Shown in pieces: positions 24,183-37,997 of a stretch of 64,000 nt of DNA. Source of the stretch: Octopus sinensis (lineage: Eukaryota). Numbering within the stretch: the first letter of the stretch is position 1; every line of letters starts with the position of its first letter. The notes beneath the pieces are model-generated. The model saw only the letters and a program-made list of their open reading frames with translations, was not told where the DNA came from and did not search any database. The stretch spans positions 68,510,001-68,574,000 of the forward strand of contig NC_043006.1 in assembly GCF_006345805.1 (NCBI RefSeq). The letters run 5' to 3'. The translations under genes were made by a program, and so were the position numbers.

Positions 24183-25127
24183 TTATCTACGTATGTATGC
24201 ATGCATGCATGCATGCATGTATTTATGTTTGTATGTACGTATGTATCTAGCTATGTATGTATGTATGTATGTATGTATGTATGTATGTATGTATGTATCT
24301 ATCTATCTATCTTTCTATCTACCTTGTAGATTAGTAGTTATAGTTTGTAGTGATGATGTGCCAAATGTGTGTGTCTGTGTGTAGTAAATTACATAAGTTG
24401 TGGTAAGAACTGGCATCTAATCCAAACCCTTAATCACCCAGCTGAATAATTTTCGAAGATGAAGGTTCAGTCTTCAAAACACTATCCCCGCCCTACATCA
24501 CATCACAACTGCCTACAATACCATACCATACCATACCATGCCATGCCATTTAATTCTTCTCCATACCACCAGACAACTATACCATTCCTTTCAACATCAA
24601 CCACAATACCAAAGAGTTGCACTTCAAACCACCACACCACAGAACTCCTCACCAAACCACCACCAAATTATCCAACCTCACTAACTTCACTGTAAGGAGA
24701 CCACCACCGCCACCATCTCCACCTCTGCCTAGTTTCCTTTAATAGAAAAGGTAAGGGTCATGTTATTGTTGTGATAGTCAAAGTGATAGTAGTAGTGGTA
24801 GTAGTAATAGTAGTTATAGCTACTTCTATAGCGTAAGGTCAAATATTTGAGTGTAAGCGGAGATAAAAACCAGTTGAAGCAGTGATGTTTGGGTGGTGGT
24901 TGTGGAGCGGGTGGGTGGGGAACACTTCGTGTGACATGATCCCTGCTATATATAGCTGCGTAAGGGTCTGATGGGAGACCAACAGTAAAATAGTTCACTA
25001 ACAGGGGCAGGGTCATGTAGAGTGGGAGGGGGAGATGGGAATTGTGACTGTTGTTTGGGGCTGGGCCCTTCACTGGAGCAGAAAAATCCTATCAATGAAG
25101 AATGTACACAAACACACAGATCTTCTG

Positions 25128-25162
<35 letters not shown>

Positions 25163-26326
25163 TGCGTGCATGTATGTCTGTCTGTCTGTCTATCACTCTA
25201 TCTGTATTTTAATATTTTGTTTAGGCATTGATATAAACCAGTGGTAGAACTTAATATTCACATACATACATACATACATACGTGTATGTGTGTGGGGGAG
25301 GGATTTTAGTAACCTGGGCAGGCCCCTTAGCAGTCATGAGAAATCTGTTTAAAAAATGCAAAGAAAGGAAAATTAGAATTAGCAAAATATGGATTAGAAG
25401 TGCTAAGCAGTAATTAAGAAAGATGTATAAACACGTTACTGGTTCAAATATGGTTGTAGAGAAGTATTCTTGCTGTCAACAAAAAAGAGTAACCACATCA
25501 TTTCGAAGTGCCCCCTTCTGGATTGATGATGCATGAATTTCAGAGTTGTTATCTTCTCTTCAGCATCAATTACCTTTTTGTGTACAGCGAGAATATTTCT
25601 TCATGACAAACTGCAGTGAATAGCCTTCTTGCGGGTTCAAATACTTCTAAAGCATATTTGAACTGATAGCAAATTAATATTTATTGCAATCATTGTTTAG
25701 CACCTCTAACTTGTATTTTACTACAACCTGGCAACCGAAAAGCACCACCAGTCAAAATATTTGGATTGATTTCTTATAAGAGAAACCTAGTCTCTTAGTC
25801 AGTTTTGGAGTTGCTTCTCTTTACAGTATTTGATGCTGACAAAGGTCTCTTTAGGAACTGGACACCAATCTATAACTGTCCTTAGAGGTACTATTTATAT
25901 ATACTACAATTAAGGGTTCCACTAGATTGGAGATTCTGATTTGTTTTAATAATGCATTGCTGGCAGTAACTTTATTAACTAATAAAGTACTGATGCAAAA
26001 TCAGTTAGAAAAGTTTACATTTACTGTAAACTACATTTTAAACTAAACATTTAGAGAGAGAGAGAGAGTGAGAAGACACTATGTGGGTGAGATGAGATAT
26101 ACAAGACTATATAGGATGAGTGTGAGAGAGAGAGAGAATACTCTATATTGTGTGAGACTAGAAGTGGGGAATTTTTTTTTTAAGTTGAAAATCCACATTG
26201 AAGCTAACTGCCAAAGATTACATTGAAATCAACTATCATTTGATAAAACCACATTGAAGTTAACTGTCATTTGACAAGGGTGCATTTCTGAAAAATGTTT
26301 ATGCCATTATTATTTTATAGGATAAA

Positions 26327-26535
26327 AAAGGCGGTAAGCTGGCAGAATCATTAGCATACCAGACAAAATGCTTAGCAACATGTCATTTATTTTTAGATTC
26401 TGAGTTCAAATTCCACCAAGGTTGACTTTGCGTTTCATCCTTCTGGGGTCAATGAAGTACCAGTTGAGCACTGGGGTCAATATGATTGATTTGCTTCCTC
26501 ATCCCAAATTTCTGGCCTTGTGCCTATTATAGAAA
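26327..26535 (+). mobile_element. SINE family B
   Basis: AAGGCGGTAAGCTGGCAGAATC...GAGTTCAAATTCC. Confidence 0.9.
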
Positions 26536-26899
26536 CAAATGATGATGATGATGATGAATATAATCATTCATAAAAAACTTCAAAATTTAAAAGGAAAAAA
26601 AAAAGTTTGTTTAGGGAGAAGTTCCCCTGCTGTGACCTTTATTATTCATTTTCAAAACTTTTTTCAGAATTCTGATATGTGCAGTACTGGTAATTACATT
26701 ACATAATTGCAAATGTAGATAAAGAAATAGAAAAAGTGTTTCTAAAATTCTTGAGTGGAAAAATTGGCTTTAAATGAAATGAAATTAACATTTCAGTACA
26801 ATGATCTGCCCTCAAATAGTACTGCACTTCTTATGGAAGGCTGCCCTTGGCTCTTCTGAAGGCCATAAATTCTCCAACTCTGAACTAGATTATGAATTA

Positions 26900-27215
26900 C
26901 TAGAAAGAGAGAGATCAGACACTATAGTATTACTGTATAATAGTACCTGAGAGAACAGATACTATGGTATTAGTAGCTATAGTATGTGAGGGACACACTA
27001 TGGTATCACAGCTATAGTATGTGAGGGATCAGACACTATGGACTATATTATAGAATGAGAGACCTAACACTATAGTACTATATGATAGTGTGTGAGAGAG
27101 CAAACACCATGATATTATAGCCACAGTAAGTGAGAGACCTGGCATAATGGACTATATTACAGAATATGAAAGACCAGACACTATGGTATTATAGTCATAG
27201 TACATGAGAGAGTAG
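26900..27215. repeat. degenerate ~30-bp minisatellite
   Basis: Repeated AGACACTATGGTATTATAG..TATGTGAG units. Confidence 0.8.
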
Positions 27216-28979
27216 ACATGGTTACTCAGAGACACAGAAGAAACACTACAAGCTTTAGGCTCAAACTTAATGGAACATAAAATTGTTGACAGTAGAATAT
27301 TTTCCACCATAAAATAAATATTAAAATTGGAGAGTAGGGTGGGGTGGAGAAAAAGAAACATGAAGAAGGGTGGAGGGTATTATAAAGTACACTACTACTA
27401 CTACTACAGGAATTACAACAGAAAACTTTCCAAGAACTGGTGTTGTTGTAGTAGTAGTGGTGGTGGTGGTGGTAGTACTAGCTGAGGTGGTGGTTGTGAA
27501 TATAGTAGCAGTAATAGTTACAATATTTTTTGAAATGTCAGAGAAACTTCACAGGAAAAACAAAAATAAAAGATTTAAATTAACAGGAAAACACAGTGGG
27601 GTTAGGGTGGGTAGGGCTGTGGTATGATAAGGGTAGTGGGTGTGGTGGCGCAGTGTAGTAGTGAGAGTTGTGGTAGTACACTGTGGTGGTGGTGGTGGTG
27701 ATGGTGGTAGTGTCGTGTGGCAGTGACAGGGGTGGCATACAGACCTAGGTGGAAAACTAAAATACAAAAGTCTACATACAAAATAATAGAAAAGGTGTGA
27801 GCAGTTGGACTGAGACTTTGGCTCAACCAATATCCTTACCACCAGCACCACCAGTTGCTTACACTGGCCCCTAAATTGTGCACCAAATGCACTGATCCCT
27901 TCATGTGTTCACATTACTTCTCTCATTCCTATTCTCCTACCCCTTTCTTATTCTTATTTTCATTACTCTGTTCCTCTTCTTTCACTTTTAATTTTTATCT
28001 ATGAATATGTGTGTATTCACATGTGTGTATGTGTGTGTGTGTGTTTGTGCATGTATTATGTTTGCTGTTGGCGGTGGTGTATGTGTGTATAGACATACAT
28101 GCACAGTGACACAAATACACACAGCCATATACATGTACAATCACACACACACACACAGAGCCTCTCTACCCACCCCTCTGTCCCTCACATACACAGTTTG
28201 GCCTTTCAGTCATCGTTTCCTCTACAACCTGTCCTCTCTCCCTCAATGACAGGACACAAAGTTAGCTAATACAATTTATAATTGTTGTTCTCTACCCAGA
28301 CACAACTGTCAACCTGCTTCCCACTACAGTTCTCAATCTCTTCTGACCTTAAACTGTCTTTACACTTCACATCAATAAACAACCAACCTACCTTCCTACC
28401 TATTTTTTTTAACCTATCTATCTCATTACTTATCTACCTATCTACTTACCTACCTACCTACCTGTCTGCCTGTCAATCTATCTATCTATCCGTCTGTCTG
28501 TCTATCTATCTATCTATCATATCTCTATCAGTATATCTACTGACATATCTGTCACTTCACAACTGCACCAGTATTGCAGGCATGCACACACATGTATGTG
28601 CACATATTAGAACAAGTGCATATTCCTTTGTCGTCCAGGGGAAGAAGTGGGAGCATAGTAAGAGAACAGATGCTAAAGAGGAGTGGGTGGCTACTGATGA
28701 AAAGATAGCTGTTGTTGTTGTTGTTAACACCTAATTATGCAGACAGCCATCTACAAATGATCAGACATAAACTTGTCACTAATCCACAGATCTTTGGCCA
28801 TCATTAGGTTGAGGACCCCCACTGCACACACTCTCTTGTTGCCAATGTTGGATCTAACAGTTCTGTCATCTCCACATGTACATGATATGGAAGAACAAGT
28901 CATCTTGTCTTAATCTACCTTGGACTACATTATCCAATGTACCTTATTAAGGTTAGTCAACAATTCAAGTAGACAGCGG

Positions 28980-30170
28980 CATGGGAGATAGAGTGGTCAA
29001 AGACATGAAAATAGGAAACATTGTCTTTAATAATAGTTGAGGAGGGATCTAAATAGTTAATGAAGAAATACAGGAAGGAGCTGTATTTACTGATTGGCAT
29101 TGCAATATCACTGGAAACTGCTACAAGGGCAAAGAAAATGCCTTAGGGAGAGTCAGAGCACAGTTAAGTTGAAATGGAGTCAACCTAGATGAATTGCAGT
29201 CTGGTTTCATGCTCAAAAGAAGAATCATGGATGCAATCTTCTTAGTGAGAGAATCATGATGATGATGATCATCATCATCATTATCATCATCATTTAACAT
29301 TTGTTTTCCATGCTGGCATGGGTTGGATGGTTTGACAGGAGCTGGCAAGGTCAGAAGCTGCACCATGTTCCATAGTCTGTTTTGACTTGATTTCTCTGGC
29401 TAGATGCCCTTCCTAACATCACTCACTTCATAGAGTGTATTGGGTGCTTTTTATATGGCACCAGCTCCAGTGTTTTTTTTTTTTTTTTTAGAGAACTGTA
29501 GGAGAAATACTTGGCTAAGAGTAAACAACAATTCCAAGCATTTGTTGATTTGGAGAAGGTTTTTGACAGAGTGCCATACTCAATAATTTGGTGGTCACTA
29601 AGAAAATGAAGTGTAGATGAATAACTTGTGAGGGCTGTTCAACCACGTACAAATATGCAGTTTGTGAGAATCAGCAACATTAAGCAATGAATTTAACATG
29701 AATATAAAAGTTCGTTATGAATCAGTCCTTAGCCTTCTCCAGTTCATTATAGTCCTACAGGCCATTGTAGTGGCATTTAAAATAGCTGTCTGTGGGTATT
29801 CCCATATCTGTGGGTACTCCCACACACAGATCATCTAGTTCTTTGTGGAATTAGAGAAGATATTCCAGGCATGGAAGTTGAACCTAAAATCAAGAAGCTT
29901 CAAGGTAACCTTAGCAAAACTAGGGTGTCAGCAAGTAAGAAAGAAGATAGGACATCTATCAATATCATCAGACAAAAGGCCTTGCTTGATATGCAAAAAG
30001 GAGTGTGTATACACTCCATATGCTGTACTTAGTGTAAACAAAAGACAAACAAGAGTATGGTGGAGGCTGATCTGAAGATGTTACATCTTATAGATGAGAT
30101 GACTGAGGACTGTACTGATTGGTAATATGCAGTGTTACTGAAGACTTGTCCACTGATGGCAAAATGAACC
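28980..30170 (+). mobile_element. RTE LINE RT remnant interrupted by a family C copy (about 29258-29472, minus)
   Basis: MDAIFLVR | QEKYLAKSK...AFVDLEKVFDRVP..IWWSLRK continues across the insertion. Confidence 0.85.
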
Positions 30171-32652
30171 TTGACACAAGAAGAGTGTTTTTAGAAGCCT
30201 ACTGCCCCCTCATTTTACATCTTCACAAATCAATTACCCAGTCCTTTCCCTCATGACTCCTGTCTTTTAATCACTCATAGCTCCCTATTTCTCTCTTCTC
30301 CCCATCACCTGTGCACACAAAAGAATGATGTGTGCACTTCACTTCACTCCTCAATAGGCCCACATATAGCAAGCTGCATTAGATCACCCTACTTCCCTAT
30401 CCAACACACTCTAGCTTTTCCCTTGCTGTACTATCAACCAGCACACTCACTCTTAAGGGCCATATCTAATGCCACCCCATTTATTCTTGCCTTTATGTCA
30501 TTACCCATCTCTACTTTTGTTCACCTCTATTTCTGCCAACCACTACTAATTCTACCCCTACGATCCTGCTGCCTTCCTCATCATACTTACCTCTGCTTTC
30601 CCATAATTTTTTTCCTATCATACTCTTGCCCTTTCCACCTGCTTGCCCATTCTGATTCTTTTGGTATATTACTCCCTCCCTCCCTATCTCTCTCTTTCCC
30701 CTAGCCCCAGGTGACCACCTGAGCAAATGTACATGCCCTAGGTTACTGGGAAACTATCTACACTTACATTCCTATCCCATCTCTCTCGACAGTCTAGTAT
30801 TAGTTTTTCTTCTATCATTGACCTCCTTCCTATCCACCCCCTCTACATTCTTTAGGTTACTTAATATGCTAGTGTTGGTGCCCTAAGAAAATGCACTCCA
30901 GTACACTGTAAAATGGTTGATGATACAAGAGCATTCAACTGTAGACACCAAGCCAAATGGCATGGGAGAGCACTAAGTCTTAAAGAGTAGCAGTTTCCAG
31001 TAAGAAATGACCCCAACTGCATTGTAATTTGTGTGTGTATAACAGATACACACACACACATGCGCGCACACACACGCGTGCTTGCGCACACACATGCGCG
31101 CTTGCGCACACACACACACACATACGTACATACATACATACATACATACATATGCACGCACATACAAACCAATAATCAGTGATATACATCTGAAACAGTT
31201 CAGGTTGTATAATGTAACACTAATTTCACCTATTCATCCTTTAACTCTCAGTCCATGTGGCTTACATAGATTACATAAACATAACACAGATGTATTTATA
31301 TACTCACTGCTGCTACATACACCCGCAAATATTAACTGCACTCAACTCAAAAGTTTGTGATAAGAGCAAAAGCTACCCCTGAGGTCCTTAGCAATAATCC
31401 CTAAGAATGGTAGGAGACAGATTGGACTCACTACACCACTACTGCTCACAGAAGCCTGGACGAATGCTTTTAATGAAGTGACTCCCGTTAAAAGCTCTCA
31501 AGGACCAGTTAATGGTGTTAAAGCAAATAAGTCACCAACTGCCAAAAACAGAAGGGTTCATGAAAAGATAAGCAGTAGCTGTTTCTTAGATTAAATAAGG
31601 ATAGCAAAAATAGTAAAGAGACTTGTTGAGTGACCTGAACTACAGACAAGGGAGCCTGGGGAATAAAGCTTTACATTCCAGCAGATAAAACAGTTATTTA
31701 TAATCAATTTTCAGTATTCCCAATGTACATGGGTTGGATGGGTTGTAAAGTTACATATTTGCAAATAGACAGTTGGGTATTGTATCAATATGACTAATAC
31801 TTTGAAATACTTTAACTCTTCGATTATCTTACATCATGGATTACCTCCTTGGATTATATTACACCACTGGATTACCTCTAGGTGTATGTTGATTGTTCAC
31901 ATTTGATTATATAGTTTGATAGTTAGATTCCAATGCATGTCCTTTCCTACAATGATGATTTATCTGTGACCAGCAGAGAAATACGCCTTATTCAGTAGGG
32001 TACACCATTACAGTATGATTGGGATGACTTCGGGTGCCTATCTGAATGTTGCAAGTTAGTGACAGCCTAACTACATTGATTGCATAGTATTTTAAAGTGT
32101 CAATGAGGCACTAACACCATATATTGTCTGGGAGTAATCAATGAAATCCTAACCATATATATTCTTTCACAGTATCAATGAAACCTTAACTGTATATATT
32201 CTATGGCTGTATCAGTGAAACACTATATACATATTTTCCTATAGTACTTTAAAGGAGGAAAATGTTATAGAAATAAATGAAGTAAGGAAATACAGTACAA
32301 GCCTAAAATTACTAGGTCTGACCCCTACAGCATCTGCTTTATTAATTTGACAAGAGATTGTGACCTTAGAACCAACAAATTACTTATTAATCTGCTTGGC
32401 TTTCTGATAGACTTCAACAAGGACATCAATCACCTCTCAGTATCTCCATCTTAACCCAATTCAACAAGAATGTCAAGCAGAATTTTTAACTCTATATTGC
32501 AGTGACCTTTACAGAAAACTGGAGGGGGTAGCTAATATGACAGCAGATATGTAATGTGTGGAAAGGTGAGAAGGTCAGATTTTAGACAATTTACTGGGAG
32601 CAATGTTACATACATTCAGCTTTATGAACTATTCGTGTTTCATGTGTATATG

Positions 32653-32832
<180 letters not shown>

Positions 32833-33399
32833 TACACTGTTATGTGTGTGTGAATATGTGAGATATTGTTTCAATCTTCTCCCTGTACCTTATCATGATC
32901 ATGATGATCATCATCATCATCATTTACTATCCATTTTCCATGCTGGTATGGGTTGGATGGTTTGATTATGTTGGGCTCCAATGTTGGCTTTGGTATGATT
33001 TCTATGGCTGGGTGCCCTTCCTAATTCCAACCACTTTATAATGTTTACTGGATATTTTTTAATTTTTTATTTTGGTGATACTAGCATTAGTAAGGTCATT
33101 AAGTAACTTGCAAGATGAAGTAAAGAAAAGAAAGGAAGAGAAAAAAAGCCTCTTCAAATGAATGGAAGTGTATTTGAGAGGGGTGGTGGTGGCTTTGTGC
33201 CAAGTGTTGAGGGCTAAAGTATGATAGAGCAATAGGCACAGGTGTCTCACTATAAAGAAGATAATGGCTACTACACATATAAAAGTGACAGAAGAATGGG
33301 AGTTAAGAAGATGAGATGTGTGATGGGGGAAGATTGGGTGTGGGACAAGCATGAACAGGCATAAACATAATGCTTTTAGAACCTCACTATCATCGTGGT

Positions 33400-33620
33400 G
33401 GTGGCTGGGACTTCTTGGGCAAAGCAAAACACCAATCATCACAGTCCTTTGTTCTCTCCTCTGTAAGGCTCAGTAACTTCAGATTGGCTTTCACTACTTC
33501 ATCCTTGGGTCTTCTACAAGTTCCATACACTTCAAGCAATTAGCACTTCTTTATACAGTTGTCCTGATCCATACACATTAAATGACCAAACCAGCACAGT
33601 TTCCTCTCTTATCTGATTCA
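33400..33620 (-). mobile_element. RTE LINE 3' fragment
   Basis: Reverse-strand LRWFGHLMCM.Q...DEVVKANLKLLSLTEE-like decay. Confidence 0.65.
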
Positions 33621-35095
33621 TCTGATACCAAATTTTTCTCTAAACACATCCGCAGGTTAATTAATTTCATATGTTAATTAATTTCTCTTACAAGGAAGTT
33701 TCTAAAACAAATCATTATTTATTTTACTGCATTTACACCACCTGTATTTTATTAGGTTCTTTACTTAAATCATATTTTATTTCTTCTTCTTTCTCTTCTT
33801 TCTATTACATTCAAAATATATTAATGATAATGCCGATGTATATCAAAATTTTAACGAGTGTTGTAAGGTGGTATGGTAGTTTAAAGAGTGATGATCAGAT
33901 ATTTAGAAAATTCAGTCATTCAGCTCCACTGGTGTCAGATAAGAGGGAGTTTACTGTGATGATGATGATGAGGAGGAGGATAATTTCTTGTATTTATCAC
34001 CAAGTGCAGATGTGTTTTGTCACAATAACAAAAACATACATACATTCCCTCTTTGTCCAGCCCTTCCTTTTGAAGTGAAACTTAGTCAACAAGAGTTCTA
34101 CCATACAGGAATGTCTCTGTTCTCAGGCCTTCAACCTCAAATGTCACACAATCACTTTCACAATAGCCCAACTCCCTCTCTGACAGAGGGAAGGTGGCAG
34201 GGCAATGATCATGATGGACTTGGCTGTCATGATCATTGCCACTAACACTAACTCCTATACTATATATTAAACAATGTAGTCCTAGATACACTACGTCTGA
34301 ATAAAAGATGTGCTGGTCAGACCTGGAGCATCAGTGATCATAGGATGAGTGCATTGAGTTGACCTGGGGCTAAAGAATAACAACAATAGAATTGGGTGGA
34401 ATAAAAGACAGAGCTGGAGACAGATGACTGAAGAATGAAACATTAATAGTACTAATTTTTTACTATGTCCCCTTTAGGCATAAAATCTTCAATGATGCTA
34501 GACCAGTAATTTAATATTATGATGATGATGATGAAGACTATGATGATGATGATGGCACAAGAAAACTTTATTTCCATAAAAAAAAACGTCAAGGAAGTGA
34601 AGCTAGTAGATGATACATTACCAGTTCAGTTAACAATCTGGCTTTGACAATGCAAGAGGGATTTTAATGAACATTGAACCTCATTAAAACTGGGCGGGAG
34701 TCAGTGAAAACCCCTCTCCAAGTTCCTTTATTACTTTGACTGAGGTTTCAACAATCAATAAAATCTGGTGCCAGACGTGAGATACTCAGACTTTTGGAAT
34801 TGTCTGGAGTATTATTTCATGGCTTTTAACAAATATTTACCTACTTTAATAGCATGTGAATGTGTATGTGTGTGCGTGTATGCATGTGTGTGTGTGTGTA
34901 TGAGTATTGATGTACGATGGGGGGTATGCATATATGCACTTATGTATGTGTATATATAAATGTGTACATTAATATTAGCTACATATACACACACAGATAT
35001 AAACATGTGACTATAAACATGTTAGTAGTGCTTATATAAAAACAAAAATAAAAATACAGTCACAAATAAACACAAATACTGTGTGTTTGAATGTG

Positions 35096-35131
<36 letters not shown>

Positions 35132-35292
35132 ATTGTGTATGTGTGTGTATGTTCAACTGTTTCTATCCAAGAGAGATTTTAAGCCAATATTTATATGTTA
35201 TGTATGATTTGTAGCTTTAACTACTTTGTGATTTACAGCTAAAAATCAAATGCATATAACTTGTAACTTCCTCATATACATATACATATAGG

Positions 35293-35698
35293 TGCAGGAG
35301 TGGCTGCATGGTAAGTAGCCTGCTTACCAACCATATGGTTCCGAGTTCAGTCTCACTGCATGGCACCTTGGGCAAGTGTCTTCTACTATAGTCTCGAGCT
35401 GACCAAAGCCTTGTGAGTGGATTTGAAAAACGGAAACTGAAAGAAGCCAGTTGTATATATATATATGTATGTATGTGTGTGTGTATGTTAGTGTGCCTTT
35501 GTTTCCCCCCCCCCCAACATCGCTTGACAACCAATGCTGGTGAGTTTACGTCCCTGTAACTTAGCGGTTCAGCAAAAGATACCGATAGAATAAGTACTAG
35601 GATTACAAAGAATAAGTCCTGGGGTCGATTTGCTCAACTAAAAGAAGTGCTCCAGCATGGCCGCAATCAAATGACTGAAACAAGTAAAATAATAAAAG
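35293..35698 (+). mobile_element. SINE family A reference copy
   Basis: tRNA-like head GCAGGAGTGGCTGCATGGTAAG...GAGTTCAGTC, GGCACCTTGGGCAAGTGTC core, internal (TA/TG)n, 3' module ending GAAACAAGTAAAA. Confidence 0.92.
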
Positions 35699-36276
35699 TA
35701 TATATATATATATATATATATACATACATATAGGGTGACTGATAGATATGATAGGTAGGTACTACATTATGCAAATACACACAAGTCTATCTATCTATAT
35801 ACTGAGTGTGTGAGAGAGAGAGAAATGGAGAGAGAGAGAGAGGTAGAAAGGCAGATAAACACAAATAGGCTCACTGTGTATATTTACGTGGAATACAAAA
35901 TACAGAGTACAGAATAAACAAAGTAAACAAAAGGAGTTATGTAATAGACATATCTTGATAACTATTTTGAGAGCACCATATGCTGTAACCATGTTTATAC
36001 ATAATAAAGGCCAACGATGTCGTTAGGTGTGTGTAAAATAAGTTCCTATGGATGTGATAAGCAAAGCTAGGTCATTCTCATCAGAAAAAAATGTATGCCT
36101 ATAAGAGATAGTAGCTCTTGACAAATACATGAGTAAATTTTTTTTTCGGGGAAATATTTGCATTAAGTATGATACACAGATGGCTCTTTTAATCTAGTGT
36201 ACCTCTGACTTTAATATCTTGATGTTTTACGTCTATGCATTTACAATGCTTTCTATATGTTTCATGTGTATTAATA

Positions 36277-36487
36277 CAGGGTGTTCATAAATTACTTTTA
36301 CAATTTGAAAAATTCAGAAAAAATTGAAAAATGATAATAGTTCAGCAGAGTTTATTGGAAAACATAGGTAAACAAATAAATTTTTATTACAAACTTCAGG
36401 ACACTTCCACATGAACTCCATTAGTTGCACACAAGACACCTAGATGATAAATTGTGCAAATTGTAACGATAATTTATGGACACCCTA
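36277..36487. mobile_element. Tc1/mariner-like MITE
   Basis: TA|CAGGGTGTTCATAAATTA ... TAATTTATGGACACCCT. Confidence 0.8.
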
Positions 36488-37905
36488 ATATATAATTATT
36501 CACACATGATGGTAAAAAAAACTATTACATGAACCAATCACTGAATTTTTGAAACAGCTGTAAAGAATTACCTAGGAATATATTCCTGTTTCACTAACTA
36601 TATTTTGTTTATGTTCATATAACATCTTTTATAAATGAGATGCATGATAAAATGTGATATGCTTGTCCATCTTGTATCTTTTTATTACAAACTTGAGTTA
36701 CACCATTCAAATATTCTATGGTATTATTTTTACTCTGATTGGAAAGTTGGATTTCAAGAATTTTGAACCTTTTGAGAACTAATTTGGCGTTCCTTTATTG
36801 TGTGCTTATAATAGAATCTTGTCACCCATTGTATATCAAGCTCCGTTCTTTAGAAACATAATGAGTAGAGACAGATTACCAGGAATCATTTTTAATCCTG
36901 TCCCTCTCCACTAGTGTTTCACAGTTATCATCCATCTGTGCCACCAAATTATCTCTTTTCCATCACCATATATCTCTCACTCTCTCCATGCACTATGTGT
37001 CTGCCTCTCCCCTCACACACTTGCAGTCTATCCAACTACATGTCTCTCATTCTCTCAACCTTTCCTTGTCTTCTATATCACTATTATTGTTCTGCAACTC
37101 TTCCCTTCCTCCCCTCTTCTCAACTCATATGTGTCATAGATCTCCCCTATACATTTGTTCACTATTTACAATATACACCCTTCATTTCTACCCAATCTCT
37201 ACAGTCTACATTCATACCTCAATACTTGTTTTTTACTCATTATATACACCTCTTATCTCTCTACCCATTTCCTATCTCTAGCTATCCCTCACTCTCCCCA
37301 TACACTTTTGCAACCTCTACTAACTCATACTTCCCCTTTTTCTGTCCCAACTCCCTTCTACTCACCTTTTACCCAGAGGGTCCACTATGACACTTCATCA
37401 GCATTAATTTATGTCTCTTTCCAGCACACACCTCCAGTTACTTTCACCCACACTTCTGTAATGTGAGTAGTAATGTGGATCCTTTACAGCAAAAACCTCT
37501 TCTGGTCTGAATCCTCTGTTCATGCTTTAATCTTTCTTCTAGCATATTCTTTAATCATTCTTCTAGTATAAAACTGCCTCCCTCTCAACTGTAGCCTAAG
37601 TCAAATGAGATCTTAGTCTTGCAAGCTCCATGGTGACCTCCTTAGTGCTGGTGCCATTCTGTAAAGTGGTTGGCATTAGGAAGGGCATATAGTCATAGAA
37701 GCCATGCCAAAGCAGATATTGGAGTACAATCAATCCTTAGACCTGCTGGATCCTGTCAGATCATCAACACATGCCAGCATGGGAGATGAAGATTAAAAGA
37801 TGATATCTACATGCACACATACACACGCACACATATATACATAAACATTCATATGTATGTATGTATGTATGTATGTATACATATGTATATATATATGTAT
37901 GTATG

Positions 37906-37960
<55 letters not shown>

Positions 37961-37997
37961 CATATATATATATATATATGTATGTATGTATGTATAT

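Noticed and set aside
25440-25900. Possible DNA-transposase remnant (KKVIDAEEKITTLKFMH)
   Set aside because: Only a vague resemblance; no TIRs or catalytic motifs found
27597-27620. Telomere-like / G-quadruplex GGGGTTAGGGTGGGTAGGG
   Set aside because: A single TTAGGG within low-complexity G-rich repeat; not an interstitial telomere array
31370-31600. ~76-codon plus-strand open frame (EAWTNAFNEVTPVKSSQGPVNG...)
   Set aside because: No start codon or convincing donor; such lengths are expected by chance in 64 kb
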